A DNA stretch of 52,148 nt from a virus (lineage: Duplodnaviria > Caudoviricetes): IMG/VR virus record IMGVR_UViG_3300049189_000069, positions 1 to 52,148 of that record; one strand, written 5' to 3'. This document shows, piece by piece, positions 1 to 9,323 of the stretch (position 1 is the stretch's first letter; every line of letters starts with the position of its first letter). Under the pieces are notes generated by a model that saw only the letters and a list, made by a program, of their open reading frames with translations, did no database searches and was not told where the DNA came from. The position numbers and the translations under genes were made by a program.

Positions 1-447
1 GCACAGATCCGCGCCGGCCAGAACCAGGCGGGCGCCGCCGCGGTGTATGCCGCGAACCAGGCTGTGTCGTCGACCGGCGCGAAGACCTTCAACGCGACGG
101 GTCTGTCGCCCAGCACGACCTACTACTGGCACTTCACGCACCGCGACGCCGCCAGCAACGACTCTGCGGTCGCATCGTCGGCGAGCTTCACCACCACTGC
201 TGCCAGCACGCTGACCAGCTCGCCGATGAAGAACAACACCGGCACGCTGCTCGCGAACGAAACGGGCATCACCGTGCACGTCTACCAGGTGGGCGGTGGC
301 TTCGTGGTCACCAAGACCGGCGAGACCACCGACGCCTCGGGCGTGATGACGTTGTCGGATGCTGCGCTGAGCACCGGCACGACCTACCGACTGATCTACG
401 TGCTCGCTTCGGGCGCTGAAGGCATGGAGAAAAAGGTGGCGACATGA
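1..447 (+). CDS. Virion-associated protein, C-terminal part (fibronectin type III-like motif); 5' end outside window
   Basis: Frame is open from base 1; TGLSPSTTYY is a typical FN3 motif; stop overlaps next ATG (ATGA). Confidence 0.6.
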   Translation, partial: AQIRAGQNQAGAAAVYAANQAVSSTGAKTFNATGLSPSTTYYWHFTHRDAASNDSAVASSASFTTTAASTLTSSPMKNNTGTLLANETGITVHVYQVGGGFVVTKTGETTDASGVMTLSDAALSTGTTYRLIYVLASGAEGMEKKVAT

Positions 448-1583
448 GCGTCCGTGTAGACACCGCCAGCCTGATCGCGGGTGCCGTCGTTGTCGGCGAC
501 CGCGGCCTGGGCGTGCTCGGCTCGGACGTGCCGTCCACCGGCACCAACGGGCCGGGCTACCTCTACAACGACCTGACGCTGCCGGCGGACGCGAACAAGG
601 AGGTGCGTGGTCTGATCATCACGCCGCCCAGCGCGGGCACCTTCTTCGCCTATGAGGATTCGGGCTTCACGCTGGCAGACGCGCCCAACGGCACCTACAC
701 GTTCACCTACCGACTGTTCGAGGACGGGGTGGACAAGGGCACTGCCACCGAGACGATCCAGATCGGAACGGCGACGGTTCAGGCCGACTTCACGAGCACC
801 TACGCGGTCATCAACGCGATCCAGAGCGACTTCGCGAGTGCATACGGCGTCTACAGCGGCGTTCAGCAGGACTACCCTGGCACCTTCTCCATCTCCTCGA
901 CGGTGCAGGCGGACCACGTCAGCGCGTTCGGTGTCTCGCAGGGCGTGCAGCAGGACTTCGCGTACGGCTACGACGTCAGCGAGGGCGGCACTGTCAGCAC
1001 GGACTTCGTCAGCTCCTATGGGGTGTACGGCTCGGTCCAACAGGACCTGGTCAGCGCGTTCTCGGTGTCCGGCTCCGTCGAGCAGGACTTCGCGCACGGC
1101 TATACCGTCGAAGCGAATGTCGTGGTCGCAGACTTCGACTGCGCGTACACGGTGATCGGCAGCGCCACGCGTGACTTCAGCCACGCGTACATCGTCGACA
1201 ACCAGCTGATCGAGATCCCGTACGTCAACCGGTTCAACGCACCGCCCCGGGTGCGCGCCTCGGACGCCTACGCCGGCACCAGCACGCCCGACGTTTTCTT
1301 CGACCCGAAGCGGCCCGACGAGGAGGAATACTTCGAGATCAACTTCGGCACGATCATGCCCAAGGGGGACTCGATCACATCGGCAGCGGTGACGGTCAAG
1401 CGTGCTGCCGGTGGGGACGTCGTCACCAGCATGGTGCCGACCCTGGTCGCATTCTCCGGCACGCGCGCCCAGCAGAAGATCCGCGGCGGCGTGAAAAACA
1501 CCTTCTACCACGTGCGTTTCGCTGTCATCACCGCCATGGGGCTGCGCCTGACTCAGGTCGGCGAGCTCGAAGTTCGCGACTAG
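444..1583 (+). CDS. Putative virion structural protein with ten ~14-aa repeats and a C-terminal adaptor-like domain
   Basis: SD GGAG/AAGG upstream; repeats VQxDFxxxYxV; C-terminal FDPKRPDEEEYFEINF segment resembles phage tail adaptor domains. Confidence 0.6.
   Translation: MSVRVDTASLIAGAVVVGDRGLGVLGSDVPSTGTNGPGYLYNDLTLPADANKEVRGLIITPPSAGTFFAYEDSGFTLADAPNGTYTFTYRLFEDGVDKGTATETIQIGTATVQADFTSTYAVINAIQSDFASAYGVYSGVQQDYPGTFSISSTVQADHVSAFGVSQGVQQDFAYGYDVSEGGTVSTDFVSSYGVYGSVQQDLVSAFSVSGSVEQDFAHGYTVEANVVVADFDCAYTVIGSATRDFSHAYIVDNQLIEIPYVNRFNAPPRVRASDAYAGTSTPDVFFDPKRPDEEEYFEINFGTIMPKGDSITSAAVTVKRAAGGDVVTSMVPTLVAFSGTRAQQKIRGGVKNTFYHVRFAVITAMGLRLTQVGELEVRD
777..1205 (+). repeat. Ten degenerate 14-16 aa tandem repeats (VQxDFxSxYxV)
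   Basis: Read directly in the translation, from VQADFTSTYAVINA to ATRDFSHAYIVDNQ. Confidence 0.8.
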
Positions 1584-1593
1584 TCAACTTACA

Positions 1594-1623
1594 TTGACCG
1601 ATAAGGAAGCGGTAACTTATCAT
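1594..1623 (+). promoter_or_regulatory. Sigma70-like promoter TTGACC-N18-TATCAT with an 18-bp operator copy (1602-1619)
   Basis: TAAGGAAGCGGTAACTTA matches the palindrome TAAGTCACCGGTGACTTA at 14/18. Confidence 0.65.
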
Positions 1624-1666
1624 AGGTCAAGGAATCGCCGAATTTTGTTGTTGGAGACCCCATTCC

Positions 1667-1984
1667 ATGAGCCTTCTTGTTCTTGAACTTGACCGCACCG
1701 CACCCGGCAGGAGCGAATGGCGTGGCGGAGGCGACTCCGCCGAAGCCGGCGGCAAGAAGTCCATCCAGGTTTCGGGTGCATCCAACTCCGGCAACTGGAC
1801 GGCGACCGTGCGCGTCTACGGCTCCAACGACGGGCGCTTTCCGATCCTGCTGTACGAGTTCGACATCAGCGACTCGGTGCCCAGCGAAGCCGGCGAGATC
1901 ACCTTCCGCTGGGAGCAGTTCTGCTTCGAGATCGTCGCATCGACCGGCAGCGCCACGCGCGTGTCGGCGGTGATGAGCGTCTAA
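1667..1984 (+). CDS. Hypothetical beta-rich protein
   Basis: GGAG SD, ATG, fills the gap after the promoter. Confidence 0.65.
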   Translation: MSLLVLELDRTAPGRSEWRGGGDSAEAGGKKSIQVSGASNSGNWTATVRVYGSNDGRFPILLYEFDISDSVPSEAGEITFRWEQFCFEIVASTGSATRVSAVMSV

Positions 1985-1993
1985 GGAGCGGTC

Positions 1994-3418
1994 ATGCCCC
2001 AGACCTCCACCAAGTACGCCAAGCCGCAACCGATAAGCGGCGGCGGCACCGTCGACCTGATCGATGACCTGGTCACAGGCGGCACCGACAAAGCGCTCAC
2101 CGCCGAGCAGGGCAAGGTCCTCAAGCAGCAGATCGACACGAAGGTCGTGCCCAGCCTGGTCGACGACCTGACCACGGGTGGCGCCACGTCCGCGCTGTCC
2201 GCCGAACAGGGCAAGGTTCTCAAGTCGCAAGTCGACGCCGCCGCGTCCGCCATCCCCGCGGTGGTCAACGACCTGATCACTGGCGGCACCACGGCGGCAC
2301 TTTCCGCCGAGCAGGGCAAGGTGCTCGCACTGGCGGTCGATGCGGTCGCAGACGACATCCCCGCGGTGGTCAACGACCTGACCAGCGGTGGGACGGCGTC
2401 CGCCCTCAGTGCCGAGCAGGGCAAGCTCCTCAAGCAGCAGGTCGACGGCATCAACGTGCCCGCGGTGGTCGACAATCTGACGAGCGGCGGCACGGCGTCC
2501 GCGCTCTCTGCGGAGCAGGGCAAGACGCTCAAGACCCAGCTCGACTCGGTTGCCGCCAGCGTGCCGAGCGTGATCGACAACGTGACCGCCGGCGGCTCAG
2601 CGGCTGCACTGTCGGCCGAGCAGGGGAAGTTCCTCAAGGGTCTGATCGACACCAAGCCGTCGTTCGCGACGCCGCAGACGCTCAACGGCGCCACGGCGCT
2701 TGTCGCCGCGCACGCCAACCGCCAGATCATCTACAACGGTGCGAGCGGCAACCTGACGATCCAGACGGACAACGCAGGCAACTTCACCAACGACGAAGAG
2801 TTCCAGATCGTCACCGACGACGCGAGCAGCGGCATTCCGACGCTCGTGTTGCCCGACTCCAGCGCCTACCCGGGTGGTCCGAACGTGATCATCGGCGCTG
2901 TGCGCAAGGGCGCGAACAAGTGGCAGGCGTACACGGTCAGCAAGACCGCGCCCGAGCGGTCGCAGGTCGTGACGTACCAGGGCAACAACGTCTCGATCCC
3001 CGGCGACACCAACACCAACGTGCTGGTCGCCCAGGTGATCCCGGGCGGCACACTGGGTCCGAACGGCTGGATCGAGTGCGAGATCTATGTCACGCGCGCA
3101 GCTGCTGGCGCGGGCAACCTGTCGTTCCAGATGCACCTGTCGTCCAGCCAGTTCGGCGTCGCCACACCGATGTCGCCCTCGCACCTGACGTATCGGGCGA
3201 TCCGCTCGATCTTCAACCTGGGTGCGCAGAACGTGCAGCGCTGCTGGCCCACCGGCATCGCCTACCCGGGCGAAGGTGGTACCACTTCGGCCGGCGGCTC
3301 GTCGGGCGTCAACACGGCGAACGACCTGACCCTGTACATCCGCTCGGTCAACGCCGCGGTCGAATCGACCACCATGACGCTGGTGAAGTGGCGCATCCGC
3401 TGCTTCTACGGGGCGTAA
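1994..3418 (+). CDS. Tail-fibre-like protein with six ~34-aa repeats
   Basis: AAGGAG SD; repeats VVxDLTxGGTxxALSAEQGKxL are typical of phage fibre repeats; beta-rich C-terminal domain. Confidence 0.75.
   Translation: MPQTSTKYAKPQPISGGGTVDLIDDLVTGGTDKALTAEQGKVLKQQIDTKVVPSLVDDLTTGGATSALSAEQGKVLKSQVDAAASAIPAVVNDLITGGTTAALSAEQGKVLALAVDAVADDIPAVVNDLTSGGTASALSAEQGKLLKQQVDGINVPAVVDNLTSGGTASALSAEQGKTLKTQLDSVAASVPSVIDNVTAGGSAAALSAEQGKFLKGLIDTKPSFATPQTLNGATALVAAHANRQIIYNGASGNLTIQTDNAGNFTNDEEFQIVTDDASSGIPTLVLPDSSAYPGGPNVIIGAVRKGANKWQAYTVSKTAPERSQVVTYQGNNVSIPGDTNTNVLVAQVIPGGTLGPNGWIECEIYVTRAAAGAGNLSFQMHLSSSQFGVATPMSPSHLTYRAIRSIFNLGAQNVQRCWPTGIAYPGEGGTTSAGGSSGVNTANDLTLYIRSVNAAVESTTMTLVKWRIRCFYGA
2057..2656 (+). 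repeat. Six tandem 33-35 aa fibre repeats
   Basis: AL[ST]AEQGK occurs six times; GCCGAGCAGGGCAAG recurs in the DNA. Confidence 0.9.
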
Positions 3419-3419
3419 C

Positions 3420-4556
3420 GTGCGGTTCGGCAAGACTCGAGCGCGGGTCTTCACCCCCGCGCTGCCGTATGTCTTGGACGTGCCGATCGGCACGGTCCTC
3501 GTGCTGCCCCTGCCTGCGGGGCAGTACGGGACGATCCAGGTCCAGCGCAACGACGTCGACATCCCGGGCGCCGTGAGCGCGCCGGGGTCGGCCTACATCC
3601 TCTACACGGTGGTCGCAGAAGACCAGGGCAAGAAGCTCACCGTGCGCGTCGTCGACGAGGGTGTCGACACGTCCCCGCCGATGTGGTGGGGCATGAACAT
3701 TTTCATCGCCGAGCCCGACACGGTGGTCATCGAGTACCACAAGTGGCTGGGCACGAATGCGCTCGAGCCGAGCCAGTTCGTGCTCAGCGGCACCGTCGCC
3801 ACGCCCAAGACACCGTTGAGCGCCACCTACGTCGCCAACAAGGTGAAGGTGAAGTTCGACAGCAACTTCGTCCCCGGGGACGAGCCGCAGCTGGCCTACA
3901 CCCAGGGCGTCGACAACGCACTGCGGGTGAAGGACTACGCGGGCAACCTGGCGGCGAGCTTCACCGCGCTGCCGGTGTGGAACGACTTCCCGGTGCCGGC
4001 CACGCTGGCGGTGGTCTTGACCACCGGCACCTCGTCGACCAACATGGTCGCCGGTGGTGGTGGCTACGTGAAGAGCAACACCAACGGTGGCCCGTACAGC
4101 GGCATCCCGACGATGCCCAGCTGGCCCACCCGGTTCTCGATCATGCACCAGGCCGGATGGCTCGAGATGCAGGTCAGCGACGCCAATGCGGCGGTGCGCA
4201 CCATCTCGCTGAAGTCGGCCACGCTGGGCAACGATGCGATCGCCTCGATGCCGTACCAGATCCGGCATTCGCTGGGCGCCGCGACCGCGTACGTCGACGG
4301 TGTGGCGGTCGGCACGCCCTACACGTTCGCCACACCCAGCGCGCTGTGCAGGGCCCGCCTGTTCCGCGACATCCCCTCCGGCGAGGTGACGTTCGACACG
4401 TCCGAGGACGGCGGCATCAGCTGGACCACCCGGTACACGTTCGTGACGGCCACGCCGTCCGACGACTCGCTGCTCGCGTACTTCCACTCCAACAGCACCA
4501 CGGTGGCAATCATCGGCACCGCGATGCAAGGGTTCACTGATCGAGGTTACGGTTGA
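3420..4556 (+). CDS. Putative virion/surface protein with a SwmB-like Ig repeat
   Basis: LAYTQGVDNALRVKDYAGNLAASF resembles the SwmB/flagellar-associated repeat; coupled to neighbours. Confidence 0.55.
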   Translation: MRFGKTRARVFTPALPYVLDVPIGTVLVLPLPAGQYGTIQVQRNDVDIPGAVSAPGSAYILYTVVAEDQGKKLTVRVVDEGVDTSPPMWWGMNIFIAEPDTVVIEYHKWLGTNALEPSQFVLSGTVATPKTPLSATYVANKVKVKFDSNFVPGDEPQLAYTQGVDNALRVKDYAGNLAASFTALPVWNDFPVPATLAVVLTTGTSSTNMVAGGGGYVKSNTNGGPYSGIPTMPSWPTRFSIMHQAGWLEMQVSDANAAVRTISLKSATLGNDAIASMPYQIRHSLGAATAYVDGVAVGTPYTFATPSALCRARLFRDIPSGEVTFDTSEDGGISWTTRYTFVTATPSDDSLLAYFHSNSTTVAIIGTAMQGFTDRGYG

Positions 4557-5689
4557 TGAAGAAATGGTTCACGAGGATCGCTGCGCTCGCCGCCATCGCG
4601 CTGTCGAGCGCAGCGATCGGCATCACGGTCTATGTGCCCACGGTGAGCTTCAACGGCGTGCCCGTGCGTCTGCACGATGCGCCGCCGCCCGCATACGCCG
4701 CCAGCGCCGCGTCGGGCGTCACCGCCATGCCGCCGAGCACGCAGTTCCCGATCAACGCCAAGGCAATGCCCAAGCGCAACTACGGCTCGGACCAGCTGCG
4801 CATCCGCAACAAGACCGACGGCTCGGTGCCAGTGCAGCTGGCCGACGGCGGCGCGTTCCGCATCACCTGTGCCACTTCGTTCCTGGGCCACTTCGACCCG
4901 CTCGTCTACCCGGGCCAGGAGAACAAGAGCCACCTGCACAACTTCTTCGGCCACAGCGACATCACTTTCAGCACCGACCCGAGCACCGACCTGGCGACCT
5001 TCGGGCGCAGCACCTGCGCCGGAGGCAGTGCGAACCGCTCGGGCTACTGGACCCCGTCATTGGTCCACGCGGCAGGCAAGTACAAGGGCTTTCCCATCCC
5101 CGCCTGGCTGAACGTCGTGTACTACAAGCACGAGACGGACTGGCGTCGCGCCAACAAGACCGTCCTGTACGTCCCGCCGCCGGGACTGCGCATGATCGCG
5201 GGCGACCCGAAGAACACCAACTCCAATGGCAACGGCACCTACCGCTGGCAGTGCATGGACGGCGTGTCGCCGATGCAGTACACCATCCCGACCTCGTGCG
5301 CGAACGGCAAGGAGGTGATGCTGCTGGTGTTCTTCCCGCAGTGCTGGGACGGCGTAAACCTGGATTCGCCGAACCACCAGAGCCACATGGCGTACGAGAA
5401 CAACACGACTGGCTGTCCGCAGTCGCACCCGTACCCGATCCCGCAGATCTCGTTCAACATCCACTACCCGGTCAGCGCGGACTCGCGGCCCGAGAACTGG
5501 CGCCTGAGCTCGGACACCTACTCGATGGGCCTGCCGGGCGGCATGAGCGCGCACGGCGACTGGTGGAACGGCTGGAACACCGAGGTGCTCACCACGATGG
5601 TCGAGTGCCTCAAGGCATCCTGGAACATGCATGCAAACATGCTCTGCTCTGGTGGCACGGGTACGCCGCCTTACCGCATTCTGTACTAA
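4556..5689 (+). CDS. DUF1996-family protein with N-terminal signal peptide
   Basis: DPLVYPG..SHLHNFFG, NRSGYWTP, FPQCWDG.NLDS.NH.SHMAY, CP.SHP..IPQI, HGDWWNGW motifs; basic then hydrophobic N-terminus. Confidence 0.85.
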   Translation: MKKWFTRIAALAAIALSSAAIGITVYVPTVSFNGVPVRLHDAPPPAYAASAASGVTAMPPSTQFPINAKAMPKRNYGSDQLRIRNKTDGSVPVQLADGGAFRITCATSFLGHFDPLVYPGQENKSHLHNFFGHSDITFSTDPSTDLATFGRSTCAGGSANRSGYWTPSLVHAAGKYKGFPIPAWLNVVYYKHETDWRRANKTVLYVPPPGLRMIAGDPKNTNSNGNGTYRWQCMDGVSPMQYTIPTSCANGKEVMLLVFFPQCWDGVNLDSPNHQSHMAYENNTTGCPQSHPYPIPQISFNIHYPVSADSRPENWRLSSDTYSMGLPGGMSAHGDWWNGWNTEVLTTMVECLKASWNMHANMLCSGGTGTPPYRILY

Positions 5690-5882
5690 GGCTCTCGTCG
5701 TCATCGCGGTAGCGGTCGGCCCCTTTATGGTGGTCGTCCACTACCGCGATGCCGCCCAGCTGCGCGAGTTCACCGAGATGGTGAGCAAGAGCATGAGCAA
5801 CTGCATCGAGCGCCCGCTGGGTCAGTGGGTGCCCTATCGCCCGAAGCCCGCTACGCCGCCCACCACGGGGCAAACATCGTAG
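5631..5882 (+). CDS. Small putative membrane protein (start uncertain)
   Basis: One hydrophobic segment (ALVVIAVAVGPFMVVV); fills a gap. Confidence 0.4.
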   Translation: MQTCSALVARVRRLTAFCTKALVVIAVAVGPFMVVVHYRDAAQLREFTEMVSKSMSNCIERPLGQWVPYRPKPATPPTTGQTS

Positions 5883-5897
5883 GTTCGTTTACACAGG

Positions 5898-5915
5898 TCA
5901 GTCAACGGTGACTTA
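5898..5915. promoter_or_regulatory. 18-bp operator copy upstream of phoH
   Basis: TCAGTCAACGGTGACTTA, 16/18 to consensus. Confidence 0.7.
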
Positions 5916-5976
5916 CCTGCATGCGGCTCTCAGAATCGTGCCTGGAAGCTGTACCTCACAACTGAATCGGAATTTC

Positions 5977-6723
5977 ATGGCACGAACGACCAAGGTCCGC
6001 AAGCAACCCGCTAAGGGCAGACGTGGGACAGCTTCCACCCAACACGAGGACTTCGCGCAGTACGACACCAGCATCCCCGCACCGCCGACCAAGCGCGCAA
6101 GGGGGCCGCTGGAAGCGAAGACGCCCAAGCAGGACACCTACCTGAAGGCGATCCGCAACCGCATCATCACGTTCGGCGTGGGTCCAGCAGGCACGGGCAA
6201 GACCTTCCTCGCTGGTGCTGCAGCTGCTGAAGCACTCGAAGCCGGCCAGGTCGAGAAGATCATCATCACGCGCCCCGCGGTCGAAGCCGGCGAGAAGCTG
6301 GGCTACCTGCCCGGTGAGATCGAGGACAAGATCGGCCCGTACATCGCTGCCTTCCGCGGTGCGCTCGAGGAGCGCCTGGGCAAGGGCATGGTGGACTACC
6401 TGGTGGGCAACGGACGCATCGAGGCGGTGCCGCTGGCCTACATGCGCGGGCGCACCTTCCGCAATGCCTTCGTCATCATGGATGAGGCACAGAACGCCGA
6501 CGCACGGCAGATCAAGCTGTTCCTGACCCGACTGGGCGAGGGCAGCACCATGGTCATCAACGGCGACGCCGACCAGGTCGACATCCCGCGCTCCGGGCTG
6601 CTTCCCTGGATGGACGCGCTGGCCTCCAACCCGCGCGTGGGCGTGGTGAAGTTCACGAACCGGGACATCGTTCGCCACGACCTCATCCAAGAGATCATCG
6701 AGGCGGCCCCTCAAGGTAGCTGA
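5977..6723 (+). CDS. phoH: PhoH-family ATPase
   Basis: GPAGTGKT, RPAVEAGEKLGYLPG, YMRGRTF, DEAQN, GDxDQ motifs. Confidence 0.95.
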   Translation: MARTTKVRKQPAKGRRGTASTQHEDFAQYDTSIPAPPTKRARGPLEAKTPKQDTYLKAIRNRIITFGVGPAGTGKTFLAGAAAAEALEAGQVEKIIITRPAVEAGEKLGYLPGEIEDKIGPYIAAFRGALEERLGKGMVDYLVGNGRIEAVPLAYMRGRTFRNAFVIMDEAQNADARQIKLFLTRLGEGSTMVINGDADQVDIPRSGLLPWMDALASNPRVGVVKFTNRDIVRHDLIQEIIEAAPQGS

Positions 6724-6731
6724 CACCCAAT

Positions 6732-6827
6732 TTGGGTATTGCCGCGGTTTCCTATAGATATTCCCTTCCTACACTCTTTAAGAGATCAAAGGGTTAGAAG
6801 ATGATAGGAAACCAAGGCAATACCCAA
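6732..6827. repeat. Long AT-rich inverted repeat (22 paired bp plus inner stems)
   Basis: TTGGGTATTGCC-gc-GGTTTCCTAT (6732-6755) is complementary to ATAGGAAACC-aa-GGCAATACCCAA (6804-6827). Confidence 0.85.
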
Positions 6828-7508
6828 GTTCAAGGCATGCCCAACTTCGTGGGCGCAGACAAGCCCCGGGGTGCGTGCGAAGCACTGTACCTGCAGCGGG
6901 TGCCACAAGATGTGCGGGCGTTTGAAGCGGACCTGTACGTCACCAAGTGGTTCGACTATCGCCGCTGGCACCCGATGACCGCGACCTATTACTGGGTCCA
7001 CTGCTACATCGAAGCGGCACGTCGCTTCTGCGCACAGAACAATGACATCGAGAAGGCCGAGCAGCTGAAGATCTTCGGCGTCGAGGACATCGGCTCCAGT
7101 CGAGACCTCATCGCAGCGATCACCGCCAGGCAGAACCTGGACCGCATCGGCTGCCGTTACGAGTGGGCGTTGACCTGGATGATCAAGCGCCACAGCGACC
7201 GCGGCTGGATGGCGTTCCCACGCCCCAACCAGCTGTACGGCGAGGAGCTCATGCTCGACGTCCGTGACGCCTGGACGGTGGAGTGCGATGCGTCGCTGCA
7301 GATCCCGCGCAGCGCCTACTTCAGGGCAGGGCAGGGCGACGTCCACCAGGAGTTCTCGAGCTGGGCCTTCGACCAGGTGCGTCGGCGCACGGTCGAGCAC
7401 TGGAGGCCCCTGTCGCGCCTCTTGCGTGAAGGAGTTGTCACACCGCAGCAGGTCCAGGAGGCGTTCGGGCACCGCACGGCGGAGCGTGCGATCCGTGTGT
7501 CGAAATAA
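6801..7508 (+). CDS. Hypothetical protein upstream of the replication genes (alternative start 6837)
   Basis: 235-aa ORF with coding-like composition; no motif recognised. Confidence 0.75.
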   Translation: MIGNQGNTQVQGMPNFVGADKPRGACEALYLQRVPQDVRAFEADLYVTKWFDYRRWHPMTATYYWVHCYIEAARRFCAQNNDIEKAEQLKIFGVEDIGSSRDLIAAITARQNLDRIGCRYEWALTWMIKRHSDRGWMAFPRPNQLYGEELMLDVRDAWTVECDASLQIPRSAYFRAGQGDVHQEFSSWAFDQVRRRTVEHWRPLSRLLREGVVTPQQVQEAFGHRTAERAIRVSK

Positions 7509-7527
7509 GTAAGCGCTGAACTATACT
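7506..7527 (+). promoter_or_regulatory. Operator copy fused to a TATACT -10 box
   Basis: TAAGTAAGCGCTGAACTATACT. Confidence 0.75.
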
Positions 7528-7562
7528 GAGCGCGTCCATCTATTTTGTTGGGGAGCAGTCTA

Positions 7563-7841
7563 ATGAGCTACGAGGCATTCGTGTCACCGCGCCCAGCGCG
7601 CAACAAGAGCGGCGACAAAGCGCCGCGCATCACCGGACACGATTCTGTCTTGCGGGCAATCCGCGAGCAGCAGCGTCCGATCACCGTGTGCCTCACCTCG
7701 GGCGACCACCGCGTCGGTCTGCTGGTCGCCAGCGACAAGTACACGCTGACCGTCAAGGGTGACGACAACGTGCGCCGCGTGATCTTCAAGTCCGCGATCG
7801 AGGAGTTCTTCGCCGAAGAGACGTCGGCGGCTCAAGCGTAA
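7563..7841 (+). CDS. Hfq-like (Sm-fold) RNA-binding protein
   Basis: HDSVLRAIREQQRPITVCLTSG..SDKYTL..VIFKSAI parallels Hfq [38 protein letters not shown] SD. Confidence 0.75.
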   Translation: MSYEAFVSPRPARNKSGDKAPRITGHDSVLRAIREQQRPITVCLTSGDHRVGLLVASDKYTLTVKGDDNVRRVIFKSAIEEFFAEETSAAQA

Positions 7842-7850
7842 AGGAGCAGC

Positions 7851-9323
7851 ATGTCTGAAGTGACCGTGGCAGCACCCGCCGTGCTGCCCGCCGGCGCTGT
7901 TGTGTCGGTTCCCGCTGCAGCACCGGGCTCGTGGCCCGGACTCGCGCCCACCCCTGTCGCATCAGCTGCGATGGTCACGGGCGTCGAGGAGCTGGAGCAG
8001 CCGAAGTTCGACTTCGATGCGGCGTTCCAGAGCAAGATCGCCGCCCTCGTGGTGCGCGACACCCAGTTCGTGCAGCGCGTGGACGGGCTCATCAAGCCCG
8101 AGTATTTCGAGAACGGCATCGAGGCGCAGTGGGTCTCCGTCGCGCTGCGCTACTACCAGAAGTACAAGCGTGTCCCCGCTGACGCGACGATCTACGCCCG
8201 GCTGATCAAGGAAGACGTCGCGGCGAAGATCATCGACTCGACGATGGCCGCGCTGATGGGCAAGCACTACACCACCAACGTGCTGGGTGCCGACCTGTCC
8301 GATCGCGACTTCGTGGTCGACCAGGTGGCGACCTTCGCCCGGCACCAGGCGGTCTCGGCTGCGATCCTGACGTCGGTGACGGACCTGGACCGTCGCGACT
8401 TCGACAAGATCGCCAAGCAGCTGCGCAAGGCGCTGGACACCGGCAGCAACAGCGACGCCGACGTCTACGACTTCGGTGAGGGCATCGCGCTGCGCACCGG
8501 AGAGCGTCTGGACCGTGCGGCGGGCAAGCTCCCGCCCACCGGGATCACCACCGGCTACGCGATGATCGACGACGTGCTCTACCACAAGGGGTGGGGCAAG
8601 CGCGAGCTCAGCGTGATCATGGGCGGCGCGAAAGCAGGCAAGACCACCGCGCTGCTGGACTTCGGCATCCAAGCGGTCAACGCGGGGCACAAGGTGCTCT
8701 ACATCACCCTCGAGGTGGCCGCGAAGATCCTCGCAGAGCGCGCCGACGCGAACATCTCCGACACACCGGTGATGGAGCTGCAGGATCAGGTCCACACGGT
8801 GAAGTCGAAGGTTGCCGACTGGGTCAGTCGCACCAGCGCCGCCGGCGGCAAGCTGATCCTCAAGGAGTTCCCGAGCGGCAGCGCGACGGTGTCGGACATC
8901 CGCCGGCTGATCGAGCGCTTCAAGGCGCGGTCGATCCAGTTCGACCTGATCATCGTCGACTACGCCGACATCATGTCGCCGGAGCGCTACACGGACAACC
9001 AGCAGGAGAACAGCAAGTCGATCTACGTCGGCCTGCGGGGTCTCGCGATGCAGGAAGACCTGGCGATGCTCACCGCGACGCAGACCAACCGCGACGGCTT
9101 CAAGGCGGCGGTCGCGAAGGCAGAGCACGTCGCGGAGGACTTCAACAAGGTCCGCATCGCCGACATCATCATCTCCATCAACAAGACCGACGAGGAGCGC
9201 AATGTCGGCCAGGCGCGACTGTACTTCGCAGCGTCACGCAACCAGGCCGGCGGCTTCACGATCCGCATCGAGCAGCAGCTCGACCGCATGAAATTCATCT
9301 CGAAGGTGGTCGGACATGAGTGA
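7851..9323 (+). CDS. dnaB: DnaB-like replicative helicase
   Basis: ITTG, Walker A GGAKAGKT, YITLE, IIVDYAD, ATQTNR motifs. Confidence 0.92.
   Translation: MSEVTVAAPAVLPAGAVVSVPAAAPGSWPGLAPTPVASAAMVTGVEELEQPKFDFDAAFQSKIAALVVRDTQFVQRVDGLIKPEYFENGIEAQWVSVALRYYQKYKRVPADATIYARLIKEDVAAKIIDSTMAALMGKHYTTNVLGADLSDRDFVVDQVATFARHQAVSAAILTSVTDLDRRDFDKIAKQLRKALDTGSNSDADVYDFGEGIALRTGERLDRAAGKLPPTGITTGYAMIDDVLYHKGWGKRELSVIMGGAKAGKTTALLDFGIQAVNAGHKVLYITLEVAAKILAERADANISDTPVMELQDQVHTVKSKVADWVSRTSAAGGKLILKEFPSGSATVSDIRRLIERFKARSIQFDLIIVDYADIMSPERYTDNQQENSKSIYVGLRGLAMQEDLAMLTATQTNRDGFKAAVAKAEHVAEDFNKVRIADIIISINKTDEERNVGQARLYFAASRNQAGGFTIRIEQQLDRMKFISKVVGHE

Noticed and set aside
1994-5689. Diversity-generating retroelement or shufflon acting on the fibre genes
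   Set aside because: No reverse transcriptase, no template/variable repeat pair and no adjacent invertase; the repeats are in-frame protein repeats.
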